Assembly (NCBI GenBank): GCA_951406725.2 | Contig: OX597830.1 | Location: 12,710,001 to 12,774,000, forward strand | Direction of reading: 5' to 3' | Length of the DNA: 64,000 nt | Source: Octopus vulgaris | Lineage: Eukaryota | Shown: positions 53,802 through 64,000 of the stretch, one piece after another | Numbering within the stretch: position 1 is the stretch's first letter | How the letters are laid out: the number at the start of each line of letters is the position of its first letter | Notes under the pieces: model-generated | Databases searched by the model: none | Seen by the model: the letters and a program-made list of their open reading frames with translations, nothing else | Told to the model about the DNA's origin: nothing | Position numbers and translations under genes: made by a program

Positions 53802-53964
53802 TGGTATCCGCTTCTTGGTGAATGATCTCCCTTTGCAAGATAGAGGACGCCGTGATGGCGTCGGCCTATCTGGTGACGTTGATGTTCGCCTGGGGCTAAA
53901 TGCAACAGTGACACCCCCACCACCCTGCCCTGTCCCTAGCCATATTCAGTTGGCTAATATCCCT

Positions 53965-54003
<39 letters not shown>

Positions 54004-54004
<1 letters not shown>

Positions 54005-54395
54005 TAGCAGTATCGCCCGGCGTTGCTCGGGTTTGTAAGGGAAATAATTATATAAGCATTTTTAGAGATGTAAAGTATAATAGCCATCTCAATATGGCTA
54101 ACCACAAAGGGGAGGGGTGTTACTGTAGCTTTTTACGTTCTGAGATTTAATAATAAATTTTAGAGAGTTACTTCCCTTATATATGTCAAAAATGGATTAA
54201 AAATGGGAAAAATTGATGGTAAATTTTTTTAAATCGTAGACTCATCGTAGACGCGCGCTAATACCCAGACGGTCTCGATATGAATCACGACTATAAGATA
54301 CCCGGTTTTGGTTAAACTGCACCGCAAAATGTGGGAGTAGTTAGGAATCTAAATCGTAGGAGAAAGACACACAACCTCACTTTTATATATAAAGA
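54004..54395 (-). mobile_element. Non-autonomous Helitron-like element
   Basis: Minus strand starts A|TCtttatatataaaa and ends with hairpin cccgagcaacgccggg then CTAG|T; no TSD. Confidence 0.8.
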
Positions 54396-54458
54396 TTTCC
54401 TCTATTTACATAATATTGAGGTCTCTTTCTTTCTTTTGTTATCTTACTGTTTTTACCA

Positions 54459-54497
<39 letters not shown>

Positions 54498-54569
54498 TAT
54501 ATATAGTTACAGAGATGTACTTGCATAGCAAGTGACTTGATCTGAGATCGTGTGCTGGAACGAAAACAG

Positions 54570-54826
54570 TTGCAGCGTTGAAGGTGTTTATAAGCCATTT
54601 AAGAAACACAAAAACCGTTAGATTCACTTCAACATTTAAATTTAATTTGTCAAAATATTTTCGTCGCTTTGAGACCGCGACCTGTTAGCACGATATTTTT
54701 GTCAGTGAACAGGTCGCGGTCTCAAAGCGACGAAAATATTTTGGCAAATTAAATTTAAATGTTGAAGTGAATGTAACGGTTTTTGTGTGTTTCTTAAATG
54801 GTTTACAAACACCTTCCAGGCTGCAA
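54570..54826. mobile_element. Fold-back element (arms 54570-54686 / 54708-54826) carrying a hammerhead
   Basis: Near-perfect inverted arms between (TA)n tracts. Confidence 0.88.
54698..54748 (+). ncRNA. Minimal type-I hammerhead, G3-C8 variant
   Basis: tttgtca GTGAACA g-gtcgc ggtctcaaa gcgac GAAA atat TT tggcaaa. Confidence 0.72.
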
Positions 54827-54894
54827 TATATATATACACACATATATATATATGTATGTATGTATGTATGTGTGTATATGTGTATGCATGTATG

Positions 54895-55122
54895 TGTGTG
54901 TGTGCGTGTCTGTGCTTGTGATTGTCCTCCACCACTGCTTGACAACGAATGTTGGTTTGTTTACATCCCTGTCACCTAGTGGTTTGACAAAGGAAACAGA
55001 TAGAATAAGTACAATGCTTACAAAAATAAAACTGGAGTTGATTCATTAAACTACAATTCTTCAAGGCATTGCCCCAGCATGGCCACAGACCAATGGCTGG
55101 AAAAAGCAGAAGAATAAAAGAA
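54895..55122 (+). mobile_element. SINE family A 3' half, diverged
   Basis: gcttgacaacgaatgttgg...gatagaataagtac...ccccagcatggccacag. Confidence 0.7.
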
Positions 55123-55190
55123 TACATTCTCTGCTTTGGTCTTGTGTTCAAGGCATGAGAAAGCTTGAGTTTACATGAGAAGGCCTAACA

Positions 55191-55670
55191 GACCTGGTAG
55201 AAACAGCAGCCAAATCTCCCTCAAATCACACCTTACTGTCTTATGTATGTATATATATATGAGCCAATGAGGGGGACCTCTACATGGTAGCTGGACCTGG
55301 TAGAAATAGCAGCCAAATTTCCCCCAAATCACACCTTACTGTCTTATCTATGTATATATGTATGTATGAGCCTATGAGGGAGACCCCTACATGGCAGCTA
55401 GACCTGGTAGAAATAGCAGCCAAATTTCCCCCAAATCACACCTTACTGTCTTATCTATGTATATATGTATGTATGAGCCTATGAGGGAGACCCCTACATG
55501 GCAGCTAGACCTGGTAGAAATAGCAGCCAAATTTCCCCCAAATCACACCTTACTGTCTTATCTATGTATGTATGTATGTATGAGCCTATGAGGGAGACCC
55601 CTACATGGCAGCTAGACATGGTAGAAATAGCAGCCAAATCTCCCTCAAATCACACCTTACTGTCTTATCT
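55191..55670. repeat. Minisatellite, ~107-bp unit x ~4.5
   Basis: Units at 55191, 55294, 55401, 55508 and 55615. Confidence 0.92.
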
Positions 55671-55689
55671 TTCTGCTACTTGGATATAG

Positions 55690-56194
55690 GTGTTATATTC
55701 GTCGTAAAAAACTTTCCTGTCACACACTCACGCACACGCACACACACACACACACGCACCCTCACACACACACACACACACGCGCACACCCACACACACC
55801 CACTCACACACACCCACTCACACACACGCACGTTAGCTTACAATTTTATTTATATATTTGCGTGTCTATGTGTTGAAAGAGGAAGTGGGAGGTAGAGTGA
55901 AAGAATCACTCACTACAGTAAGTCAATTACTTTCATTTTATTCGTTGCCCACTGTGTGTGTGCGTTTGCGTGTGCTGTAAACCAGACTAAGAAAAGCATT
56001 TGACACACACACCAGAATGTGAGTTTTCTGTAAATTTTGCTTAATTGGAGTTTAAATTTTAAAAACTAGACCTGGCATGACGCGATGCATTGTACTCTTA
56101 AAAATGCAAGGTAAATTGTAATTGAAGAAATCCTATATTGTAGATTTGTATAACTCCCAAAGGGAGGCAGATAAAATCTGCCTTTTATAATAAG
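55690..56194 (-). mobile_element. Possible Helitron-like non-autonomous element (5' end clear, 3' end not)
   Basis: Minus strand begins a|tcttattataaaaggcagattttatctgcct; internal (CA)n. Confidence 0.45.
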
Positions 56195-56211
56195 ATATAT
56201 ATATATTTATA

Positions 56212-56250
<39 letters not shown>

Positions 56251-56428
56251 AAACTAATTGAAAGGGCTAGCAACAGGCTGACTCGCCGCATACCGGAGGA
56301 ATTAGAAATGGCAGCCAAAGACTGTTTTTTCCATTTTCTATAAGTGGAGATTCCAAATATGACGGACCCTGCGGTTCACATACACAAAATCGGAGTAGCA
56401 AATATACGTAAACAATCTCTTACCGTTA

Positions 56429-56491
56429 ATAGCGAACATGTTTCTGGATCACAAGCTCAGAAAATAGCTAGATTTCCTTCATCGGCAATAT
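56429..56491 (-). ncRNA. Decayed type-I hammerhead motif (U4C)
   Basis: atattg CCGATGA a-gga..agct/agct..tcc-a GAAA catg TT cgctat, in a (TA)n-bounded element at 56248-56675. Confidence 0.5.
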
Positions 56492-56673
56492 ATTCGATAG
56501 ATTTACCAAATGCCACAGGCCCTCACTTCTGACCCAGCGACATCAGATAGTGGGGGGGAAGTGTGCAGATGTTAAAACTAAGTAATGACTGGGAACGTAA
56601 ATTTTCCCTCCAAAATTCTGCCATGCGCGCCGTCTGGGTGATCGTAATGGAATAAGGGATCCACATGGTAATG

Positions 56674-56720
<47 letters not shown>

Positions 56721-57301
56721 TATACAATGAGTACAGAGATTATTACATCTGCATATTTTTCTTTATTTCTGCAGTCAATTATGCAGCATATTTGATTAAA
56801 ATGTAGCAGATGCAAGTTTCTTCTACACAGACAATTCCTAATTGTATTTGCGTCCAGTTACTTGCGACTAGTTGTGCTCCTTACAACGCGATGCGATTAG
56901 CCATAACCAGAATGCTCAAAGGGTATCCGCCTGGATATTTTATCCCTCTCTATCCATCATATATGCACACATATGTATATATACAAATATGTGCATATAT
57001 ATGTGTGTGTGTGTGTATGTGTGTGTGTGTGCATACATACACACACGCACACATGTAAACATACAAGCTCATACTCTTTCGTTGAACGATAGATAAATAG
57101 ATGGATAAATTAGATAAACAAAAAGCTTCGGAATGGTTTCCAAGCACCAAATTTCACTCAGATAATAATTCATTCGAGGCGAGAGTAGAAAATACTTGTC
57201 TGGGATAACATGCAGTGAGATATATTTACTTTGAAAGAGTTTGCTATTTATGTATGGTGTTCTTACTAGCTGTCAGAAATTACTATATAACGAAATATAA
57301 A

Positions 57302-57839
<538 letters not shown>

Positions 57840-58279
57840 TTACATGAGTTGGGAAAGTAGATTTATAAAGGCGAGTTTATGAAAGATTCAGATGTACGAA
57901 GGTGTTACCTTTAGTAAGTAGGTCGGAAAATCGGCATTAAAAATAGATCTTGAATCAAAGTGGTACGTGAATAGAAATAGAACACTCACACACTTAAAAG
58001 AGGTGATTAATTCATCAAATTAGCTTTAGTCTAGTGTTAAATCTATTAATGATTTAAAACTTTGGCTCAAAGCCATTTATTGCATATGCTGAACAGCAGC
58101 ATTCTTTGCTGTACTTCCCAAACAAACCAATCACTAATAGCGATGCTGACAATGGAATGTCTGTGTAGAATAAAATCCTCACAAGAATGTTGGTCGAAAA
58201 GCACTGATTTATTATATTTCTCACCAGTACAAATCACCAAAAGATATACTTTCTCACTTATTGCACACATACCTCCGCT

Positions 58280-58347
<68 letters not shown>

Positions 58348-58756
58348 TCATAGATAAGGGCAAACGAAAAATTTCTAATGCCAAATATGCCGAAAATTGG
58401 ACATATTGTCCATTAACCATATCATTTTTTCATAATACGCACGCTATTCGTGCTACTCGCTACTATATATATATATATATATATATATAATAGAAATATG
58501 TTACAAAAAGAAAATATAAAACACATGTGGGGAAAATAAGAAAAATCAACGAAAAATGCACATCGTAAATAAAAAAAGGAAAGGCTTTTTATGAAAGGTA
58601 ACGACAGATATATACATTTAGATGGATTGGGGTAGTAATAAAAATCATAAAAGTCATTATTATGAGATGATTAAAAAGTCAGAAAACAAAGCATACCATG
58701 GTTTCGTCAAAGCTATTCATTGCTTTGAATAAACACCGGCTAATAAACGGTGTCAG

Positions 58757-58800
<44 letters not shown>

Positions 58801-58804
<4 letters not shown>

Positions 58805-59184
58805 TAATAGTTATCGCCATACTTATATGGCAGTCTTATAAATATAAGACTAAAGCTGTCGCTGATTAGCTCCAAGAGGCCATCGCCTCAAGCTAGCTAT
58901 TTGACACACAATCTGCGTCCATTATAAACCTTCGAACAGGGAGGTCAGCCGCTTCATCCTGCCAGTCAGACAGCTGCAGACATGTTTCAGGGTATTTGCC
59001 CTTTATCAATGCAGCGTAGTCAGACCCAGCAGGTGTCGCTACTGACTGTCCCTGTTCGAAGATTTATAATGGACGCAGTGTCAAATAGCTAGCTTGAGGC
59101 GATGGCCTCTTGGAGCTAATCAGCGACAGCTTTAGTCTTATATTTATAAGACTGCCATATAAGTATGGCGATAACTATTAATTT
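58801..59184. mobile_element. Fold-back element (arms 58801-58942 / 59049-59184) enclosing a hammerhead
   Basis: Near-perfect inverted arms; (TA)n flanks. Confidence 0.9.
58973..59015 (-). ncRNA. Minimal type-I hammerhead, U3-A8 variant
   Basis: gctgca TTGATAA aggg caaata ccct GAAA catg TC tgcagc. Confidence 0.8.
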
Positions 59185-59330
59185 CCAGTAACGCTGCCGT
59201 AATCTCCTTTAGAGAGACTTAGTAATTTTAATATTTCTATTATATATATATATATATATATATGTACATATGTCTGTGTATGTGTGTGTGTGTGTATACA
59301 TATATTTATGTACACACACACACACACATA

Positions 59331-59709
59331 TCCCACTTAAAGGATGTCGTGCTAGAACACAGATTATTGCGTTCTTTACAATGAGAAGCTCTCACATGGA
59401 CTTGTGGTACGTGAAAATAGACGTGTTTATACCGCTAAAAGGCAAGAAGCATCTGCCACGGTCATCCGAACTGTCAAATAACGGGATTTCGGCCTTATTA
59501 CTTAACCTTATTAATGACAGACGTCCAGCTCTACGCTGCAAACGATTCCCGCGTCAATATATAACCATATATAACCATATATAAAATATCACGGTGTTGC
59601 AAGTCACTACGAGAAGTGGTCTTATGCACCACAAGTCCATATGAGAGGTCTTCTCACGGTAAGTATCGCATTAATTTGTATTCTAACACGATATGCACCT
59701 TAAGTGGGA
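59331..59709. mobile_element. Diverged fold-back element (arms ~59331-59413 / ~59622-59709) with decayed HHR(s)
   Basis: tcccacttaa...ctctcacatggacttgtggt versus its reverse complement; HHR-like motif at 59471-59520 (-). Confidence 0.7.
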
Positions 59710-59751
59710 GATAAATATTACCTTTAGGTATCAATGCTGCTTTTGTCGATA

Positions 59752-59819
<68 letters not shown>

Positions 59820-59838
59820 GTATATATATATATGTATG

Positions 59839-59891
<53 letters not shown>

Positions 59892-59918
59892 ATGTATGTA
59901 TGTATGTATGTATGTATG

Positions 59919-59987
<69 letters not shown>

Positions 59988-59991
<4 letters not shown>

Positions 59992-60660
59992 GTGAGCATA
60001 GCTAACCAAAAACTTAGCCTTGTTAACCGCTAATCCGCTAACTAAAAAAGTTAGCTTCGCAAATGCTAAACAGCTAAACAGGTAAAAACAAAATAGCGGA
60101 AGCTAATGCTAACTGACAACCGCTAACTTTTATCATATGAATTTAGTTTCGGTCTGGTTTTTTAGCTTTAAAACCCTTAAAAACAGACCTAGAGAGCTGA
60201 ATTTTTTATGTTGTAGCTTAGACGTAGAGCCTTCCAAATAGCATGCCAAGATCAGATGATGATCAAGGTCTACGCATAATAATCAAATGAACAAATGAAA
60301 ATAAACATTAGTTTTTCAGTCGTCATATGCTTTATTTACTGTTCAAAAAGTATTAAACGAATCAAAAAAGTATATAGTTTAGCATAGGTATCATACCAAG
60401 ATCCTGCCTTGACGTGATGCTGGTTGATGCTAGTTGCTCTTCATAAGCACCAGCCTCTCAAAATTACCATCTGAATGGGTTGCTCTCTCGGCCAACAAAA
60501 TATCTTTGCGTATAGAGAATAGGCGCTCAACTGAAGCACGAGATGGGCTGGCGTACTAATTTTGTATAGGAAATTAATACTCATCAGTAATGCTCACGCC
60601 ATTAGAACAGTCCGACCAACAGTCTGCGGTGGTCGCCACCCAAGGGATATCCTTGAGCAA
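59988..60660 (-). mobile_element. hAT transposon remnant (C-terminal dimerisation domain plus terminus)
   Basis: PSRASVERLFSIRKDILLAERATHSDGNFERLVLMKSN*; gctaac subterminal repeats. Confidence 0.8.
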
Positions 60661-60737
60661 TCTGTAACTAAAAAATGTTAAACTGTAGATATAAGTTATA
60701 AAATCAACAGCTTTATATACATATATATATATATATG

Positions 60738-60796
<59 letters not shown>

Positions 60797-60825
60797 GCGA
60801 GAAAGAAGCAACAAGAATGGATAGG

Positions 60826-60916
60826 TTTTAGTACAATCGTTTCATACAAGGGCAGGTTTTATTAAAAGTTGCAAAAATTACAGCATATAAACGTGTCCTG
60901 TACTCATCAGCTAAAA
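60826..60916 (-). ncRNA. Type-I hammerhead with long stem II (minus-strand copy)
   Basis: Reverse complement of 61079-61169. Confidence 0.7.
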
Positions 60917-61078
60917 TACATGTGAGTTCTCTAGACATCCTATTGGTTGAGGCTATACTCATGAAGTAGATAATTAAGTAACATAAACAGATTTCTTTGG
61001 AAATCTGTTTATGTTACTTAATTATCTACTTCATGAGTATAGCCTCAACCAATAGGATGTCTAGAGAACTCACATGTA

Positions 61079-61169
61079 TTTTAGCTGATGAGTACAGGAC
61101 ACGTTTATATGCTGTAATTTTTGCAACTTTTAATAAAACCTGCCCTTGTATGAAACGATTGTACTAAAA
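61079..61169 (+). ncRNA. Type-I hammerhead with long stem II
   Basis: ttttag CTGATGA gtacagg...cttgtat GAAA cgattg TA ctaaaa. Confidence 0.72.
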
Positions 61170-61312
61170 ACCTATCCATTCTTGTTGCTTCTTTCTCGCT
61201 TATAATCACCCCACATTACTGTATTGTTAAAACAGTATAGTTTGTTTTGGTGCATCTAAGTTAGGTACCTTATTCAAGTAAATTCATTTAAATTAACTTG
61301 AATCTTTATTGC

Positions 61313-61355
<43 letters not shown>

Positions 61356-61381
61356 GTATATATATATATATATAAATATAA

Positions 61382-61414
<33 letters not shown>

Positions 61415-61427
61415 TGTATACATATAC

Positions 61428-61489
<62 letters not shown>

Positions 61490-62073
61490 TATTAATTTAG
61501 ACATGGCCTGGACCAATCATTGGTCGAAACATATCTAAGTTTTATCTAAGTTTCATATATATATATATATATATATAGAATAATCAAGGTGGCTAGCAGT
61601 AATTTAAAATCAGCAACGCAATGATTCACCGTCACTATATACAAAGTGACACAGAGTATGATTAAGGCCTACTAAAAAACAAAAACAAAAAAGCCTTTCA
61701 TCTGCATCCCCACGCAAGCTGCAATGGTATTCGTGAGCATGTGGCTTGTACAACTTTTCACAGGTAGGAAGGAGACAGGACATTTGATTGTAGCATCTTA
61801 TAACCATATTTTGTTTACAGCAAAGAAAACGGTGGATAGAAAAAATGAAATAGCAAACGGGAAAAGGAAGAAAGAGGTATAAGAAGAGAATAAGAGGAAG
61901 GAAAAGAAAGGAAATTGGGATAGGTATTGCAATGTTTGAATCTCCAAACATTTCAGTATCGATCTATTTGTACAGTTTCTGGATCGCTCGTCAGAAAAAA
62001 GTCCTCGGTTTTCAGCTCTAATCAACAGCATCGAATATTTAGCTGCTGAAGAACCGAGACTAAATGAATATCA

Positions 62074-62347
62074 AATACATATTTCTTTACTACCCACAAG
62101 GGGCTAAACATAGAGGGGACAAACAAGGACAGATATAGGTATTAAGTCGATTACATCGACCCCCAGTGCGTAACTGGTACTTAATTTATCGACCCCGAAA
62201 GGATGAAAGGCAAAGTCGACCTCGGTGGAATTTGAACTCAGAACGTAACGGCAGACGAAATACCGCTAAGCATTTCGCCCGGCGTGCTAACGTTTCTGCC
62301 AGCTCACCGCCTTAACTAGTTCGCCGCCTTCGCTAGCTCGCCGCCTT
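62074..62347 (-). mobile_element. SINE family B with reiterated 5' tip
   Basis: Body match; (gct/gtt)c(a/g)ccgcctt repeated three times at the head. Confidence 0.85.
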
Positions 62348-62749
62348 GGAAGGAATACTTACAGCGCCTAGGTTTAACTTTGGTGATCGGACGAGAACCG
62401 GTGCTTTCAACGTGATATGGCCGTATCAAATACAGTAAGAAGATACAGACAGCGATTTATCAAGGGTTGAGAAAACGGGGATTTTTTTTTTATGCAATGG
62501 AACTAATATTTTGTGAGCAAGCAAGGACAATTAGGAGAAATGGCTGGTTAGCTGAAGCAGAACTTGAAGAAACGAGGTCAAGGATGTTTTGGAACAAATG
62601 ACGAATGCAATGAAGACAGAAGCAGGGGTTCCAAACAGGTAGAGAACGGTACTAAAGAGGAGATAGAATTACCTGAAGACAAAATACGAACGGTAATAAT
62701 GGATAAAGTAAAAGTGATTAAACAGATTTATTAATATTGTTGTACCTGT

Positions 62750-63630
62750 GTGAATCAGTCGGTTTATATCTCATCCTCGAAATAACTGGAGTTAAGTGGA
62801 AAACTGTTTTAATGTGAAACGTCAACGTAGAACGGTAATTAATTGTTTGCAGCCATTTTCTCCACTTGTAATTAGCGAAGAAAATAGCTTCTTCATTTAT
62901 AAACAAGCAAAATGGATTTTTCAAGTATGTACACTCAAAAACGCTTTAAATAGAACGAAAACGTATTTACTGACTTTGAACAGAAATCAGGAACTATTTA
63001 ACAGAAAAGCATGCATAATTTGAAAGAAAAAAATAATGGTATTTCTGTTGACAAAAACATTAGAAAGAACATTTCTAGTGATATGTCTGGCAACAACAAC
63101 GTTCACACGCACATTTTACGAGCGAGTATAATAGCTGCAATGGAAGCAGTTTCTCCAACATACTTAAAAGAGGCACTTTTTGGATGATACGATGGAATCA
63201 GTGTTAGATATGATAGAATCCAATGCGATGGCAGTGGTGAATCGCAAAGGAATGCCTCCTTGCTTGAGGAGTTTTTCCAAAATCGAGCAATGTGAAAATC
63301 GAGCAATGTGCTTTTTGAACAGCGGAGAGTATTCAGTGTGCTTTGTACGATGTGCACAGGTATATACTATCTGTTGAACTAGGCAGGATATATGAGAATG
63401 TCTGCCTGAATTTCAAGACCGAGAGTGAAGCGAAGTGACATTGCAGTTGGTGCATCATATATCTTCCCACACAACACAGGCCAGCGTACCCAAGAGCCAC
63501 ATTGAATCTTTGCTTGTTGTCATATTTGCAATTCTACGTGTGCAGGTAGTGAATGCAGAGTAAGCCAAAAGTGAAATGTGGTCATGTAAGGTCAGTATGG
63601 ACTTTCAAGTCTTTAATGACCCTGAAAACC
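62750..63630 (+). mobile_element. Possible highly decayed piggyBac-like transposase
   Basis: Scattered remnants NNWS, FLHL, ISVD, VNRKGMPPCL and a Cys-rich end, across several frames. Confidence 0.35.
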
Positions 63631-63671
63631 CACAGGGCTATTCTAGAACTGTAGATGTAGTTAGTTGAGTT

Positions 63672-64000
63672 AAGTTAATTTTTTGGCTCAAAAATCAAAA
63701 AGCAAGGCCATGTAGGGGGACATGGAGTTATGTACAAGGAGGGTGTTCATACAAAGAGTTCCGGCCATTTCTGGTCAAGAGATATTTTGAACCGAACGGT
63801 CATCGGCATCTTCACTATCTCGTCCGGCAACCCGGACGGAGAAAGCCCCTCTCCTTCGATTGAGATGAAATCGTCGCAGATAGAGCTTTTCGGAGTGATC
63901 CCGCAGCCGACGCCCTGGAGCAGGAGTGAAGAACAGCTCTTTCGAGAGGTTACACTTTCCGCTTATGATGTTGTGAGCGAGAATGAGATCACCACGGCAT
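63672..64000 (-). mobile_element. CR1 LINE 3' end (runs off window)
   Basis: Homologous to 38925-39270. Confidence 0.85.

Larger units (their letters stand above)
53018..53973 (+). mobile_element. Tandem array of ~354-bp hammerhead-containing units (2.7 copies): candidate non-LTR retrozyme
   Basis: Units start at 53018, 53372 and 53727; near-identical; one HHR each; ends in (TA)n. Confidence 0.85.
60797..61199. mobile_element. ~400-bp near-perfect palindrome with a hammerhead in each arm
   Basis: Arms 60797-60995 / 61000-61199, 4-nt loop, one indel. Confidence 0.93.

Noticed and set aside
55191-55670. CRISPR-like regular repeat
   Set aside because: Whole 107-bp units are repeated with no unique spacers, the context is eukaryotic and there are no cas genes

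Overview
Repeat-saturated, AT-rich animal genomic DNA with one 100-N gap (581-680). The tRNA-derived SINE families and the microsatellite load suggest an octopus or other coleoid cephalopod; this is inferred, not proven. I can support no intact host protein-coding gene, and nearly all listed ORFs are microsatellite artefacts or decayed transposon pieces. The window holds decayed LINEs (RTE, CR1, R4/Dong-type RLE, Tx1/L1, Penelope RT), three SINE families, hAT/mariner/8-bp-TSD MITEs and Helitron-like non-autonomous elements. The main hidden signal is about 16 minimal type-I hammerhead ribozyme (HHR) motifs, intact or decayed. They lie in short non-coding, Penelope-like fold-back or tandem elements next to (TA)n tracts. 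The best case is a near-identical ~354-bp tandem array (53018-53973). Each unit carries an HHR with a compensatory U3-A8 core and a palindromic helix/loop III, and folds into an extensively paired RNA, making it a candidate non-LTR retrozyme/circRNA producer. Other elements carry C3-G8 and G3-C8 cores, so three Watson-Crick versions of the 3-8 tertiary pair occur in one window. All motifs were read by eye; no folding, database search or activity test was run.
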